Part shown: in pieces, positions 37,177 to 46,902 of the stretch
Numbering within the stretch: position 1 is the first letter of the stretch
How the letters are laid out: the number at the start of each line of letters is the position of its first letter
Notes under the pieces: model-generated
Databases searched by the model: none
Told to the model about the DNA's origin: nothing
Seen by the model: the letters and a program-made list of their open reading frames with translations, nothing else
Made by a program: the position numbers and the translations under genes
Assembly: GCA_041687695.1 (NCBI GenBank)
Contig: JAWLBL010000027.1
Span: forward strand, 63,021-127,020
DNA: 64,000 nt
Direction: 5' to 3'
From: Myxococcota bacterium
Lineage (GTDB): Bacteria > Myxococcota_A > UBA9042 > PHBI01 > JAWLBL01

Positions 37177-39315
37177 ATGCCCGCGCTCGCCTCGCTCGAC
37201 GCGTTCTTCGCCCCCCGCTCGGTCGCCGTCGTAGGCGCCAGCGCTCGCGAGACCTCGGTCGGCTACGCCCTGCTCGAGAACCTGCTGTTCGGACGCATGG
37301 GCGGCCGCGACCGCGCCGAGGGCTTCCCTGGCCCCGTCTACGCCGTCAACCCCAGGGGCGGCGAGCTGCTCGGCCACCCGGTCCACCGCGCGCTGGGCGA
37401 GATCGGCGCGCCCGTCGATCTGGCGCTCGTCGCCACCCCGCCCGCCACCATCCCCGGCCTCATCCGCGAGGCGGCCGACGCGGGCGCGCGCGGCGTCATC
37501 GTCATCACCGCCGGCTTCGGCGAGCTGGGCGACGAGGGCCAGGCCCTGCAGCGCAAGCTGACCGAGGCCGCCGAGGCCGCCGGCGTGCGCCTCATCGGCC
37601 CCAACTGCCTGGGCGTCCTGCGCCCTGGCGCCGCGCTCAACGCCAGCTTCGCCGCCGCCCCGCCCCCACCCGGCCGCATCGGCCTGCTCAGCCAGTCCGG
37701 CGCCCTGGTCACCGGCCTCATCAGCTACGCCCAGCGCGAGGCGTTCGGCCTGTCCGCCGCCGTCTCGCTGGGCGCCAAGGCCGACGTCGACGACCAGGAC
37801 GTCATCGCCTGGCTCGCCGACGACCCCCAGACCCACGCCATCGCCGTCTACATCGAGGCGGTCCGCGACCCGCGCGCCTTCTTCGACGTCGTCCGGCGCG
37901 TCTCTCCGCTCAAGCCCATCGTCGCCATCAAGGGCGGCGCCACCGAGGCCGGCGCCAAGGCCGCCTCCAGCCACACCGGCAGCCTCGCCGGCTCGGCGCG
38001 CGCCTACGAGGCCGCCTTCACCCAGGCCGGCGTGCTGCAGGCGCCCACCACCCAGGACTTCGCCGTCTGGGCCCGCGCCCTGGCCCACCAGCCCCCCGCC
38101 AAGGGCCGCCGCATCGCCGTCGTCACCAACGCCGGCGGCCCCGGCGTGCTGGCCGCCGACGCCCTGGTCCGCGCCGGGCTCGAGCTGGCCACGCTCTCGG
38201 CCGACACCCTGGCCGCGCTGGACGCCGTGCTGCCGGCCGTCTGGTCGCGCGGCAACCCGGTCGACGTCATCGGCGACGCGACGCCCGAGCGCTACCGCGA
38301 GGCCATCAACGTCATCGGCCGCGCGCCCGAGGTCGACGGCGTCATCGTCATCATGACCGTGCAGGCGATGACCGACCCGATGGCCACCGCCCAGGCCATC
38401 GCCGAGGCCCACGCCGACCCGAGCTGGTCCAAGCCCCTGACGGCCAGCTTCGTCGGCCTCATCGGGACCGAGGTCGGCAGGTACCTGGACGAGCGCGGCG
38501 TGCCCGAGCTGAACATGCCCGAGATGGCCGTCAGCGCCATGCAGGCGCTGGTCCGGCGCGGCCAGTGGCTGTCCCGGCAGCCGGCCCCCGAGGTCGCCCT
38601 GCCGCGCCACCCGGCGCCGGACCACGAGGCCGCGCGGCGGGCGCTGGCCGAGGCGCGGGCCGCCGGGCAGCGCAACCTGGACCTCGAGCGGGCGCGGCGG
38701 GTGCTGGCGGCGGCGGGCGTCCGCTACAACGGCGCGGGGCAGGCGGCGGACGCGGCCGAGGCGGCGCGGGTGGCGGCCGACATAGGCTTCCCGGTGGTCA
38801 TCAAGGCCAACAGCCCGGACATCGTGCACAAGTCCGACGTGGGCGCGGTCGTGCTGAACGTCGCGGACGCGGCGCAGGTCGCGCAGGCCTGCGCGCTCAT
38901 CCGGCGTCGGGTGGGCGAGCGGCAGCCGGGCGCGCGCATCACCGGGTTCACGGTCGAGGAGCAGGTCTCGGGCACCGAGATCATCGTCGGCATGAGCCGC
39001 GACCCGGACTTCGGGCCGCTGCTGATGGTCGGGCTGGGCGGCGTGTTCGTCGAGGTCTTCGGCGACGTGGCCTTCCGGCTGCTGCCGCTGGGGCGGCGCG
39101 ACGCGCTGGACATGATCGGCGAGATCAAGGCGCAGGCGCTGTTCGAGGGGGCGCGCAAGCTGCCGAAGCTGGACCGGGCCGAGCTGGCCGAGGTGCTGGT
39201 GCGCATCTCGGCGCTGGTCGAGGCGTTGCCCGAGATAGGCGAGCTGGATCTCAACCCGCTGGTCCTGACCGCGGAGGGGCTGGTCGCCATCGACGCGCGC
39301 GTGGTCCTGGCGTGA
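37177..39315 (+). CDS. acetate--CoA ligase (ADP-forming) family protein, fused alpha/beta
   Basis: PRSVAVVGAS, IGPNCLG, SQSGAL, SSHTGSLAG, TNAGGPGV, NPVD, HKSDVGAV, RDPDFGP, ELDLNPL, AIDARV. Confidence 0.93.
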   Translation: MPALASLDAFFAPRSVAVVGASARETSVGYALLENLLFGRMGGRDRAEGFPGPVYAVNPRGGELLGHPVHRALGEIGAPVDLALVATPPATIPGLIREAADAGARGVIVITAGFGELGDEGQALQRKLTEAAEAAGVRLIGPNCLGVLRPGAALNASFAAAPPPPGRIGLLSQSGALVTGLISYAQREAFGLSAAVSLGAKADVDDQDVIAWLADDPQTHAIAVYIEAVRDPRAFFDVVRRVSPLKPIVAIKGGATEAGAKAASSHTGSLAGSARAYEAAFTQAGVLQAPTTQDFAVWARALAHQPPAKGRRIAVVTNAGGPGVLAADALVRAGLELATLSADTLAALDAVLPAVWSRGNPVDVIGDATPERYREAINVIGRAPEVDGVIVIMTVQAMTDPMATAQAIAEAHADPSWSKPLTASFVGLIGTEVGRYLDERGVPELNMPEMAVSAMQALVRRGQWLSRQPAPEVALPRHPAPDHEAARRALAEARAAGQRNLDLERARRVLAAAGVRYNGAGQAADAAEAARVAADIGFPVVIKANSPDIVHKSDVGAVVLNVADAAQVAQACALIRRRVGERQPGARITGFTVEEQVSGTEIIVGMSRDPDFGPLLMVGLGGVFVEVFGDVAFRLLPLGRRDALDMIGEIKAQALFEGARKLPKLDRAELAEVLVRISALVEALPEIGELDLNPLVLTAEGLVAIDARVVLA

Positions 39316-39800
39316 ACGCGGCGGTGGCGGTGGCGGTCGCGCTCGCGGTGGCGCCGGCCTGCACGTTCTCGCAGTACCGCCCGCGCCCCGGCCCGTTCAT
39401 CAGCCAGGTGCAGGCGCTGAGCGGGCCCCAGTGGGTGGTCGAGGGGCGGAGCTACCCGGCCTCGCCGCTGGGCAGTGGGCTGGCGCAGGCGGTCGCGGCG
39501 GTGCCCGAGGCGAGGGCCTACGCCGAGGAGTCGCAGAACGACGCCGTCCTGGCCGCCATCACCGTGCCGCTGGGGACGATGCTGCTCGCCGGAGGGCTCA
39601 GCACCTTCCTCATCAGCTCGGCGCTGGACGACGATCCGCTGTCTGGGGGCAAGGGCGCGCTGACGCTGAGCCTGATGGCGGCCGGCCTGTCCGCGAGCGC
39701 GGCCGGCGTGTTCTTCGCGGTCAGCTCCGAAGCCCGGCAGATGGACGCGGTCAACCTGTACAACGACACGATGTGGCTGCGGACGCAGGGGGCGCCGTGA
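39312..39800 (+). CDS. hypothetical membrane lipoprotein (paralog 1 of a tandem pair)
   Basis: GTG overlapping the upstream stop, VAPAC lipobox, two TM helices, DAVNLYNDTMW C-terminus. Confidence 0.7.
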   Translation: MNAAVAVAVALAVAPACTFSQYRPRPGPFISQVQALSGPQWVVEGRSYPASPLGSGLAQAVAAVPEARAYAEESQNDAVLAAITVPLGTMLLAGGLSTFLISSALDDDPLSGGKGALTLSLMAAGLSASAAGVFFAVSSEARQMDAVNLYNDTMWLRTQGAP

Positions 39801-40306
39801 GGGCCGCCGCGTGGACGCTGGTGGCGGCGGCGATCGGCAGCGGCTGCGCGTCGACGCGGTACGCGCCGCGCGACCTGCCTTACCTCAAGCGGGTGCAGCG
39901 CTCGAACGAGATCCTGTGGCAGGCAGGGACGCGGACCGAGCCGTTCAACCCGTTCGGGGACGGGCTGGCGCGCATGGTGGCCGACGTGCCCGAGGCGCGG
40001 GCGCTGGCCGACGAGGCGCGCTCGGACACGTGGACCGGCGTGCTGCTGGCCATCGCCGGGCCGCTGGTGATGAGCGGCGCGCCCGCGCTGGTCTTCGCGA
40101 CCGCGGACGACCCGTCGGATCTGTCGTCCGGCGAGGCCATCCTGCTGACGACGAGCCTGCTCGGGGGCATGCTCATGACCTTCACCGGGTTGGCTCATTC
40201 CGTCTCGGCCCGCAGCCGCGAGCTGGACGCCGTCAACGTCTACAACGACACCGTCTGGGAACGTCACGGGCTGCTGCCCGCGCCCCAGGCGGCCCCGCCC
40301 CCGTGA
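39797..40306 (+). CDS. hypothetical membrane lipoprotein (paralog 2 of a tandem pair)
   Basis: GTG overlapping the upstream stop, IGSGC lipobox, GLARMVADVPEARA, two TM helices, DAVNVYNDTVW. Confidence 0.7.
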   Translation: MRAAAWTLVAAAIGSGCASTRYAPRDLPYLKRVQRSNEILWQAGTRTEPFNPFGDGLARMVADVPEARALADEARSDTWTGVLLAIAGPLVMSGAPALVFATADDPSDLSSGEAILLTTSLLGGMLMTFTGLAHSVSARSRELDAVNVYNDTVWERHGLLPAPQAAPPP

Positions 40307-40331
40307 TCCGCACCTTCAGAGGAACCCCACG

Positions 40332-42425
40332 ATGATGAAGCGCACCTTGCTGTTCCCGCTGGTCCTGGCCGCGCCCGCGATGGGCTGCGGCGGCGCGTCC
40401 GTCCAGGCGCCGGCCGGCGCTCCGCCCGAGGGGCCGCCCCCCGCCGCGGCGACCACCGCGACGGTCGAGCCGGACACCGGCGCGGCCGGGCCGGTGTGGG
40501 TCAGCGCCGACAAGCTGACCGAGGTGTGCGCGGGTGGGCTCGAGCGCGGGCGCGCGCTGGCCGACGAGGTCAGGCAGGTCAAGGCGGACGGCGGCACCAA
40601 CACCGTCGACAACACCTTCGCGCCCTTCCACCAGATGATGCGGGTGACCGACACGGCGGCCGGGTGGGCGTCGCTGATGTTCAACGTACACCCCGACGAG
40701 GCGGTGCGCGGCGCGGCCAAGCAGTGCCAGCAGGATCTCAGCGAGTTCAGCACCAAGGTGTTCCTGGACCGCGCGCTGTACGAGGCGCTGAGCGCGGTGC
40801 AGCCGCCGCCGGGGGACGCCGAGCTGGCGCGGAGCCTGAGCCACATCCTGCGCGACTTCCGGCGGTCGGGCGTCGACAAGGACGAGGCGACGCGGACGCG
40901 GCTCGAGGCCATCAACAAGGAGCTGGTCGAGGCGAGCCAGGCCTTCCGGCAGCTGCTCAACGAGGACGTGCGCTCGGTCGAGGTCGACGGGCCGGCGGGC
41001 CTGGCCGGGCTGCCGCAGGACTTCATCGACGCCAAAAAGCCCAACGAGAACGGCAAGCTGGCGCTGACGACCGACTACACCGACTTCTACCCGGTGCAGA
41101 CCTACGCCAAGGACACGACGCTGCGGAAGAACCTGTACGACGCCTTCATGGGGCGGGGCTTCCCGGCCAACGGCGAGCGTCTCAAGCAGGTCCTGGCGCT
41201 GCGGCACGAGTACGCGACCCTGCTGGGGCACCCCAACTGGGCGTCGTACAATGCCGAAGACAAGATGGCGCGCGACCAGAAGACCATCGACGCGTTCATC
41301 CAGGACGTGGCGAAGATCGCGCGGCCGCGGATGCAGGCGGATCTCGCCGAGCTGCTGGCGGCCAAGAAGAAGGACGACCCCAAGGCCAAGCGCATCGAGG
41401 CCTGGGACCGCTTCTACTACATGGCCAAGGTCCGCGAGGACAAGCACGCCTTCGACGCCAAGGAGGTCCGCCCCTACTTCGGCTACTCGGCGGTCAAGGA
41501 CGGCATCTTCGCCCTGTACGGCGAGCTGTTCGGCCTGTCGTTCGAGCGGCTGCCGGACGAGCCGGTGTGGCACCCGAAGGTCGAGGCCTGGGCCATGAAG
41601 GCCGACGGCAAGCTGGTCGGCAAGTTCTACCTGGACATGCACCCGCGCAAAGACAAGTACAAGCACGCGGCGATGTTCAGCATCCAGACCGGCACGCAGG
41701 GCGGCGACATCCCGATGGGGACGCTGGTCTGCAACTTCCCCGACCCCGGCGAGGGGGACGGCAAGGCCATGATGGAGCACAGCCAGGTCACGACCTTCTT
41801 CCACGAGTTCGGGCACCTCATCCACCACCTGCTGGCCAGCCGCGCGCGGTACGTGAACCTGGCCGGCATCAACGTCGAGTGGGACTTCGTCGAGGCGCCG
41901 TCGCAGCTGCTCGAGGAGTGGGCCTGGGACGCCAAGGTCCTGCAGCGCTTCGCCAAGCACGTCGACACCGGCGAGCCCATCCCGGCCGATCTGGTCCGCC
42001 GCATGCGGCAGGCCGAGGAGTTCGGCAAGGGCGCCGACGTCATGCGCCAGGTCTTCTACGCCGCCTACTCGTTCTACCTCCACACGGCCGACCCCGAGCA
42101 GGTCGACCTCGAGAAGTTCACGAACACCATCTACGGCGACTACAGCCCCTACCCGCGCACGCCCGAAGACAAGATCTACGCCAACTTCGGGCACCTGATG
42201 GGCTACAGCTCGATGTACTACACCTACCAGTGGTCGCTGTCGCTCGCGAAGGACATCTTCACGCGCTTCGAGGCCGAGGGCATCGAGAACGCCGAGGTCG
42301 CCCGCGCCTACCGCGACCTCATCCTGGCCCCCGGCGGCTCGCGCGACGCCCGCGACCTGGTCCGCGACTTCCTGGGCCGCGAGCCCTCGCTCGACGCCTA
42401 CCAGAAGTGGCTGCAGGGCAACTGA
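40332..42425 (+). CDS. M3A family metallopeptidase (thimet oligopeptidase-like), lipoprotein
   Basis: AMGC lipobox; FYLDMHPRKDKYKHAA, FFHEFGHLIH (HEXXH), DFVEAPSQLLEEW, FGHLMGYSSMYYTYQWS, ILAPGGS, FLGREP. Confidence 0.95.
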   Translation: MMKRTLLFPLVLAAPAMGCGGASVQAPAGAPPEGPPPAAATTATVEPDTGAAGPVWVSADKLTEVCAGGLERGRALADEVRQVKADGGTNTVDNTFAPFHQMMRVTDTAAGWASLMFNVHPDEAVRGAAKQCQQDLSEFSTKVFLDRALYEALSAVQPPPGDAELARSLSHILRDFRRSGVDKDEATRTRLEAINKELVEASQAFRQLLNEDVRSVEVDGPAGLAGLPQDFIDAKKPNENGKLALTTDYTDFYPVQTYAKDTTLRKNLYDAFMGRGFPANGERLKQVLALRHEYATLLGHPNWASYNAEDKMARDQKTIDAFIQDVAKIARPRMQADLAELLAAKKKDDPKAKRIEAWDRFYYMAKVREDKHAFDAKEVRPYFGYSAVKDGIFALYGELFGLSFERLPDEPVWHPKVEAWAMKADGKLVGKFYLDMHPRKDKYKHAAMFSIQTGTQGGDIPMGTLVCNFPDPGEGDGKAMMEHSQVTTFFHEFGHLIHHLLASRARYVNLAGINVEWDFVEAPSQLLEEWAWDAKVLQRFAKHVDTGEPIPADLVRRMRQAEEFGKGADVMRQVFYAAYSFYLHTADPEQVDLEKFTNTIYGDYSPYPRTPEDKIYANFGHLMGYSSMYYTYQWSLSLAKDIFTRFEAEGIENAEVARAYRDLILAPGGSRDARDLVRDFLGREPSLDAYQKWLQGN

Positions 42426-42505
42426 CCCGGCGCCGCTGACGGGCCCCCTCGAGGAGACATCGGGCCCCGGCCGCCTCGCCACCGCGAGCGCGTCCGGGGC
42501 CCGCG

Positions 42506-43018
42506 TCATTTGGGAGGGTCCTCCCGTGGCCCCTCGCCCCGCGACCGCAGATCCTTGAGGACCTGGAGGTAGCGAATGTCTTCCTCGTCCTTGGGGCGCG
42601 GGGTCGCGGCCATCTTCTTCAGCGTGATCAAGTCGTCGATGGCCGGGATCCGGATCGCGTAGTCGCCCGCGCGCTGCTCCTCGCCACGCGACCAGGCGTC
42701 CTCGAACGTCAGCTCGGTCCCCTCACGGTTGACGAGCGCGCGCACGAAGAACAGGTCCAGGCGGTCGCCACCGCTGTACACCTTCACGATCGGACGCGGC
42801 TCGTCGGGCGCGGCCGACAGCTCGCAGCCGAGGTCGTCTTGGAGGTGCGACAGCACCGGTCGCCGCGCCTGCGGCGGAAACCAGAGATCGTAGTCGAACG
42901 AAAACACGGGCGCGCCGTACAGGACGACCGCCTGACGCCCGATGAGCAGGAACCGGTGCCCCTGCGTTCGCCAGCGCCTGGCCAGGCTCCCCAGATCCAG
43001 CTCGGGCTCAGGTCCCAT
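42506..43018 (-). CDS. minimal nucleotidyltransferase (Pol-beta superfamily)
   Basis: FLLIGRQAVVLYG...FDYDLW (G-x then DxD), RLDLF, IDDLITLKK, RPKDEEDIRYL. Confidence 0.75.
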   Translation of the reverse strand: MGPEPELDLGSLARRWRTQGHRFLLIGRQAVVLYGAPVFSFDYDLWFPPQARRPVLSHLQDDLGCELSAAPDEPRPIVKVYSGGDRLDLFFVRALVNREGTELTFEDAWSRGEEQRAGDYAIRIPAIDDLITLKKMAATPRPKDEEDIRYLQVLKDLRSRGEGPREDPPK

Positions 43019-43259
43019 CGGCGGTCTCGTCCTTGGGGCTCAGACCTCGCCGGCGGGCGGCGCGGATGTGCTTGGCGATGGTGCGCAGCTTCACGTCGAG
43101 CGGGAGCGGGCCGAACCAGCGGAGGTTGTCGGCGAGCTCGTCGTACTCGCCGCGGCTGAGGCCGGGGACGGGCGAGGGCTCGGCGTCTTCGGGGCAGGCG
43201 CGGAGGACGTCGTCCGCAGCGGGCGTGGGCGGGAGGTCGTCCGAGGGGTCGTGAGGCAT
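43008..43259 (-). CDS. small hypothetical protein coupled to the nucleotidyltransferase
   Basis: 83 aa; stop overlaps the start region of the downstream gene; helical C-terminal half. Confidence 0.55.
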   Translation of the reverse strand: MPHDPSDDLPPTPAADDVLRACPEDAEPSPVPGLSRGEYDELADNLRWFGPLPLDVKLRTIAKHIRAARRRGLSPKDETADGT

Positions 43260-43271
43260 GTCGGCAGCGTA

Positions 43272-44138
43272 TCACGCCCGCGCAGGGCGAGGGGATGGGT
43301 CGGCCGCGCGGTGGCGGGCGCCTTCGAGGGCGAGGAGGGCGGCCTTGCGGGTGGGGTCCCAGCGGTAGTCGCCGAGGGCGCCGCTCTGGTGGATGACGCG
43401 GTGGCAGGGGATGAGGACGGCGACGGGGTTGGCGCCGACGGCGGCGCCGACCGCGCGGGCGGCGCGGGGGTGGCCGAGGGCGCGGGCGAGCTGGCCGTAG
43501 GTGGTGGCGCGGCCCTCGGGGATGCGGAGCAGGGCCTCCCAGACCTTGAGCTGGAAGGGGGTGCCGCGCAGGGCGAGCGGCAGCGGCGCGCCGGCGGCGC
43601 GGGCCAGGCGGGCGTTGAGCGACGCCGCGAGGGGCGCGAGGGCGTCCGGGGCGCGGGACAGCGTGGCCCGGGGCCAGCGGCGGGCGAGGTCGAGCAGGGC
43701 GTCGGCGACGATGGTGTCGTCGAGGAACGCCAGGTGGCACAGGCCGCGCGGGGTGGCGGCCATCAGGGCGCGTCCCAGCGGCGTCTCGACGAGGGTCCAC
43801 GAGACGGTCAGGCCGTCGGCGCCGGCCTTGTACTGGCCGGGGGTCATGGCCTCGTGGGTGACGAAGAGGTCGTGCAGGCGGCCGGTCCCGGACAGGCCGA
43901 GCGCGTGGCTGGTGTCGAGCAGGGTGCGCTGGTCCTGGAGCAGGCCGCGGGCGCGCGCGAGGGTCAGGACCTGCAGGAAGTCCTTGGGCGTCACGCCCGC
44001 CCAGCGCTGGAACAGCCGGTGGCAGTGGGACGTGCTGAGGCCGAGGGCGCGCGCCAGCGCGGGGACGGTCGGCTGCGCGTCGGCGTGGGCGTCGAGGAAG
44101 CGGATGGCGGCGGCGACACGGGCGTAGTCACTGGACAT
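43272..44138 (-). CDS. ogt: AraC-HTH / methylated-DNA--protein-cysteine methyltransferase (Ada/Ogt-like)
   Basis: RLFQRWAGVTPKDF HTH, GTPFQLKVWEALLRIPEG, ARAVGAA...NPVAVLIPCHRV; GGAGG RBS before ATG 44138. Lacks the N-terminal Ada zinc domain. Confidence 0.9.
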   Translation of the reverse strand: MSSDYARVAAAIRFLDAHADAQPTVPALARALGLSTSHCHRLFQRWAGVTPKDFLQVLTLARARGLLQDQRTLLDTSHALGLSGTGRLHDLFVTHEAMTPGQYKAGADGLTVSWTLVETPLGRALMAATPRGLCHLAFLDDTIVADALLDLARRWPRATLSRAPDALAPLAASLNARLARAAGAPLPLALRGTPFQLKVWEALLRIPEGRATTYGQLARALGHPRAARAVGAAVGANPVAVLIPCHRVIHQSGALGDYRWDPTRKAALLALEGARHRAADPSPRPARA

Positions 44139-44341
44139 GGGGCCTCCGGCGGACGCTTGGGCGGCGCCCGGAGCGCCTACAGTGGCGACCGGTGGGCGGC
44201 ACGTCGACCCGATTCCTGCCGCGAGCGCGCCGCGACGAGGGCGTCGAGCTGACCGGTAACGCTTACCGATCCGGCGCGCCTGGTGCCGGCCCATGACGGC
44301 GTGATTGGCCGCGGCGCCGCGTCCGCGCGGCCTCCGTGGGC

Positions 44342-44357
44342 TGGCACGGCGCTTGCG
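44342..44357 (+). promoter_or_regulatory. sigma54 (-24/-12) promoter
   Basis: TGGCACG-GCGC-TTGC matches the TGGCACG-N4-TTGC consensus, about 35 nt upstream of an ATG preceded by AGGAGG. Confidence 0.8.
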
Positions 44358-44391
44358 AACGTGACCTCACGGAGACACAGGAGGTCCCGAC

Positions 44392-46902
44392 ATGAAGCTC
44401 TCGCGAATGCTGTTCGACTCCGCCCGCCGCGGCGCCCTGTTCGGCGCCGGGCTGGCCCTCATGGCCGCCGGCTGCGACGGCGCGGCCACCCCCGCCGACG
44501 CCGAGGCCGGCGGGACCCTCACCGGCGCCCTGACCGCCGAGACGGCCGCCTCGGGCGAGGCGCGCACCGTCACCCTCGACCGCGTGGCCGAGGGCGGCTC
44601 GCTCGTGGTCGTCGCGGAGGCCGAGATCCAGGCCGACGGGCGCTTCACCTTCGAGGGCGTCCCCGCCTTCGACGGGCCCGCGCTGCTGCAGGCCCGCTCG
44701 GACGCCTCGGCCCAGGCCGTGGCGCAGGTCATCGTGCCGGCCGCTCCGGACGCTGGCGAGGCGATCGCGAGCGCCCCGATGAGCGCCGAGACCAGCGCCG
44801 AGGCCCAGGCGCTGCTGACCCTGACCGCCGCCGGCGTCGCGGCCGGCGACGTCGACACCATCGCCCTGATGGCCTTCGTCAGCGCCGAGATGGCCGCCCA
44901 CGCCGACGCTCACGCCCTGGGCCGAGCCGCTCACGCGGCGTCGCGCGCCTATCGTGGCGCCGCGGCGCGGGTCGAAGGCCAGGCCGAGGCCAGCGCCCGC
45001 GCCATGGTCGAGGCCCGCGCCGAGGCCTGGGCCCAGCTGGCCGCCCGGCTGCAGGCCGCCCGCAGCGAGTGGGCCGCGCGCGACGCCTGGGCCGCCTTCC
45101 ACGCCGAGGCCCAGGCCGCCGTCAGCGCCGAGCTGGGCGTCGACGCGGCCGCCCAGGCCACCGCCACCGCCGCCGCCGCCTGGGCCCTGGCCGCCGAGGC
45201 CAAGGGGCAGGCCTTCGCCGAGGCCGCCGCCGCCCACGGCGTCGCGCTGACCGGCCACGCCGAGCTGGCCGCCCAGCTCGAGGCGGCCGCCCAGGCCGGC
45301 GCCGACAGCGAGGCCCGGACCGAGCTGCGCGCCGCCTTCGAGGCGTACTTCGCGGCGCTGGCGACCGCCGGTGAGCTGGAGGCGGTGGCCGAGGCGCGGG
45401 CGCGGCTGAAGGCGCGCTTGACCGGCGAGGTCGAGGGCGAGGCCGGGCTGCTGAGCGAGCTGGTGGGTCAGGCCGCGGGCGCCGTCGAGGTCGCCCTGGA
45501 GGCGGCCGCTCAGGCGCGCGCGGGCTTCGAGGCCAGCCTGGCCGAGGCCGAGGCCAAGGCCGATCGAGCGGCCGCCGCCGCCGAGGCCTGGGCCCAGCTG
45601 GACGCCGAGCTGCGGGCCGCCGTCGCGGGCGCCGGCGAGCTGTCGGCCGGCCAGGTGACGCAGCTGGCGCTGGCCGCGCAGGGGGGCGCCGAGGCGACCC
45701 TGGCCCTGCACGACGTCAGCGTGCCCGACGACCCGCCGGCCGCGCCCACCCAGTCGCTGCATGGCTTCATCGAGGCCACCGTCGATGGCGCGGCCGGGGC
45801 CGAGGCGCTGGTCGCCGAGGCGCGCGCCGACGCCGACGCCCGCCTGCGGAGCGCCGCCAAGGCGCGGATCGTCGTGGTCGACGCGGCCGGCGCGGCCCAG
45901 GTCGTCGCGGCCGGCGCGGTCGACGCCACGACCGGCGTCTTCACGGTGCCGTCGGCGCCCGAGCGGCAGGACGCGCTGACCGTGCTCGAGCTGGTCGACG
46001 CCCAGGGGCAGGTCGTCGGCGCGGCCGTCATCGAGGCGGGCCTGACCGGCGAGGGCGCCGTGGCGCTGCCCCCGGTGACGCTGACCAGCACCGCCGAGGC
46101 GCGCGTGCTGCTCGAGGCGGTGGTGCTGGGCGGCGTCGACCCGGCCAGCGTCGACCGGGCGCTGATCGAGGCGCTGATCGACGGCCCCGCGGCGGTCGCC
46201 ATGGCGGCCGAGGGCAGCTACGAGGCGGCCGCCGAGGCCTTCCTGGCCGCTCAGGGGGCGCGTGACGAGGCCGGGATCGGGGCCGAGGGGCGGGCGACCG
46301 CCATCGCGACGGCGGCCTTCGAGGCGACGCTGGCGGCGCGGGCCGGGGCGGACGCCCTGACGACGCGGGTCGCCGACGCGCGTGGGCAGCTGGTGAACGC
46401 GGCCGCGTTCGCGGCGACGGCGAAGGCCGAGGCCGACGGCGACTTCGCGGCGGGGGTCGAGGCCGCCTACGAGGCGCTCGTGACCGCCACGGCCGAGGCC
46501 GGGTCGCAGGCCGAGGTGCACGCGGCGGGCGCGGCCTGGGTCGCCGCGGTGATGGGCGACGGCGAGCTGACGCTGGACACGACGGCGGCCCTCGAGGCGT
46601 GGGTGACCGCCGCGTTCGGGGCCGACCTGGGGGTGCGGGCGGCGATCGAGCAGGCGATGCAAGGCGCCACGACCGCGAGCGCCGCGTGGGCCGCGCAGGT
46701 CCGGGCGGCCGCCGAGGCGTCGGCGACGGGTGGCGCGGAGGCGTCGGCGCAGGCGATCGCCGCGGCGTGGAGCGCCTTCGAGGCCGCGGCCAGCGCCGAG
46801 GCCAGCCTGATGGCGACGGGGTCCGTCTCGGCCGCCGAAGCGGCCCTGCTCAGCGAGCTGCTGATCCAGATGCAGGGCGGCCTGTACGCCACCGCCCTCT
46901 GA
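44392..46902 (+). CDS. alanine-rich lipoprotein with internal duplication, hypothetical
   Basis: AGGAGG RBS, MAAGC lipobox, two similar beta-module + T(S/L)..AEA..LL helical-module halves, extreme Ala content. Confidence 0.8.
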   Translation: MKLSRMLFDSARRGALFGAGLALMAAGCDGAATPADAEAGGTLTGALTAETAASGEARTVTLDRVAEGGSLVVVAEAEIQADGRFTFEGVPAFDGPALLQARSDASAQAVAQVIVPAAPDAGEAIASAPMSAETSAEAQALLTLTAAGVAAGDVDTIALMAFVSAEMAAHADAHALGRAAHAASRAYRGAAARVEGQAEASARAMVEARAEAWAQLAARLQAARSEWAARDAWAAFHAEAQAAVSAELGVDAAAQATATAAAAWALAAEAKGQAFAEAAAAHGVALTGHAELAAQLEAAAQAGADSEARTELRAAFEAYFAALATAGELEAVAEARARLKARLTGEVEGEAGLLSELVGQAAGAVEVALEAAAQARAGFEASLAEAEAKADRAAAAAEAWAQLDAELRAAVAGAGELSAGQVTQLALAAQGGAEATLALHDVSVPDDPPAAPTQSLHGFIEATVDGAAGAEALVAEARADADARLRSAAKARIVVVDAAGAAQVVAAGAVDATTGVFTVPSAPERQDALTVLELVDAQGQVVGAAVIEAGLTGEGAVALPPVTLTSTAEARVLLEAVVLGGVDPASVDRALIEALIDGPAAVAMAAEGSYEAAAEAFLAAQGARDEAGIGAEGRATAIATAAFEATLAARAGADALTTRVADARGQLVNAAAFAATAKAEADGDFAAGVEAAYEALVTATAEAGSQAEVHAAGAAWVAAVMGDGELTLDTTAALEAWVTAAFGADLGVRAAIEQAMQGATTASAAWAAQVRAAAEASATGGAEASAQAIAAAWSAFEAAASAEASLMATGSVSAAEAALLSELLIQMQGGLYATAL

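Noticed and set aside
36573..39800. 1075-aa ORF treated as a single gene
   Set aside because: Only its last ~162 codons (from GTG 39312) look like a real protein; the rest is an off-frame overlap of the PP2C and acyl-CoA ligase genes.
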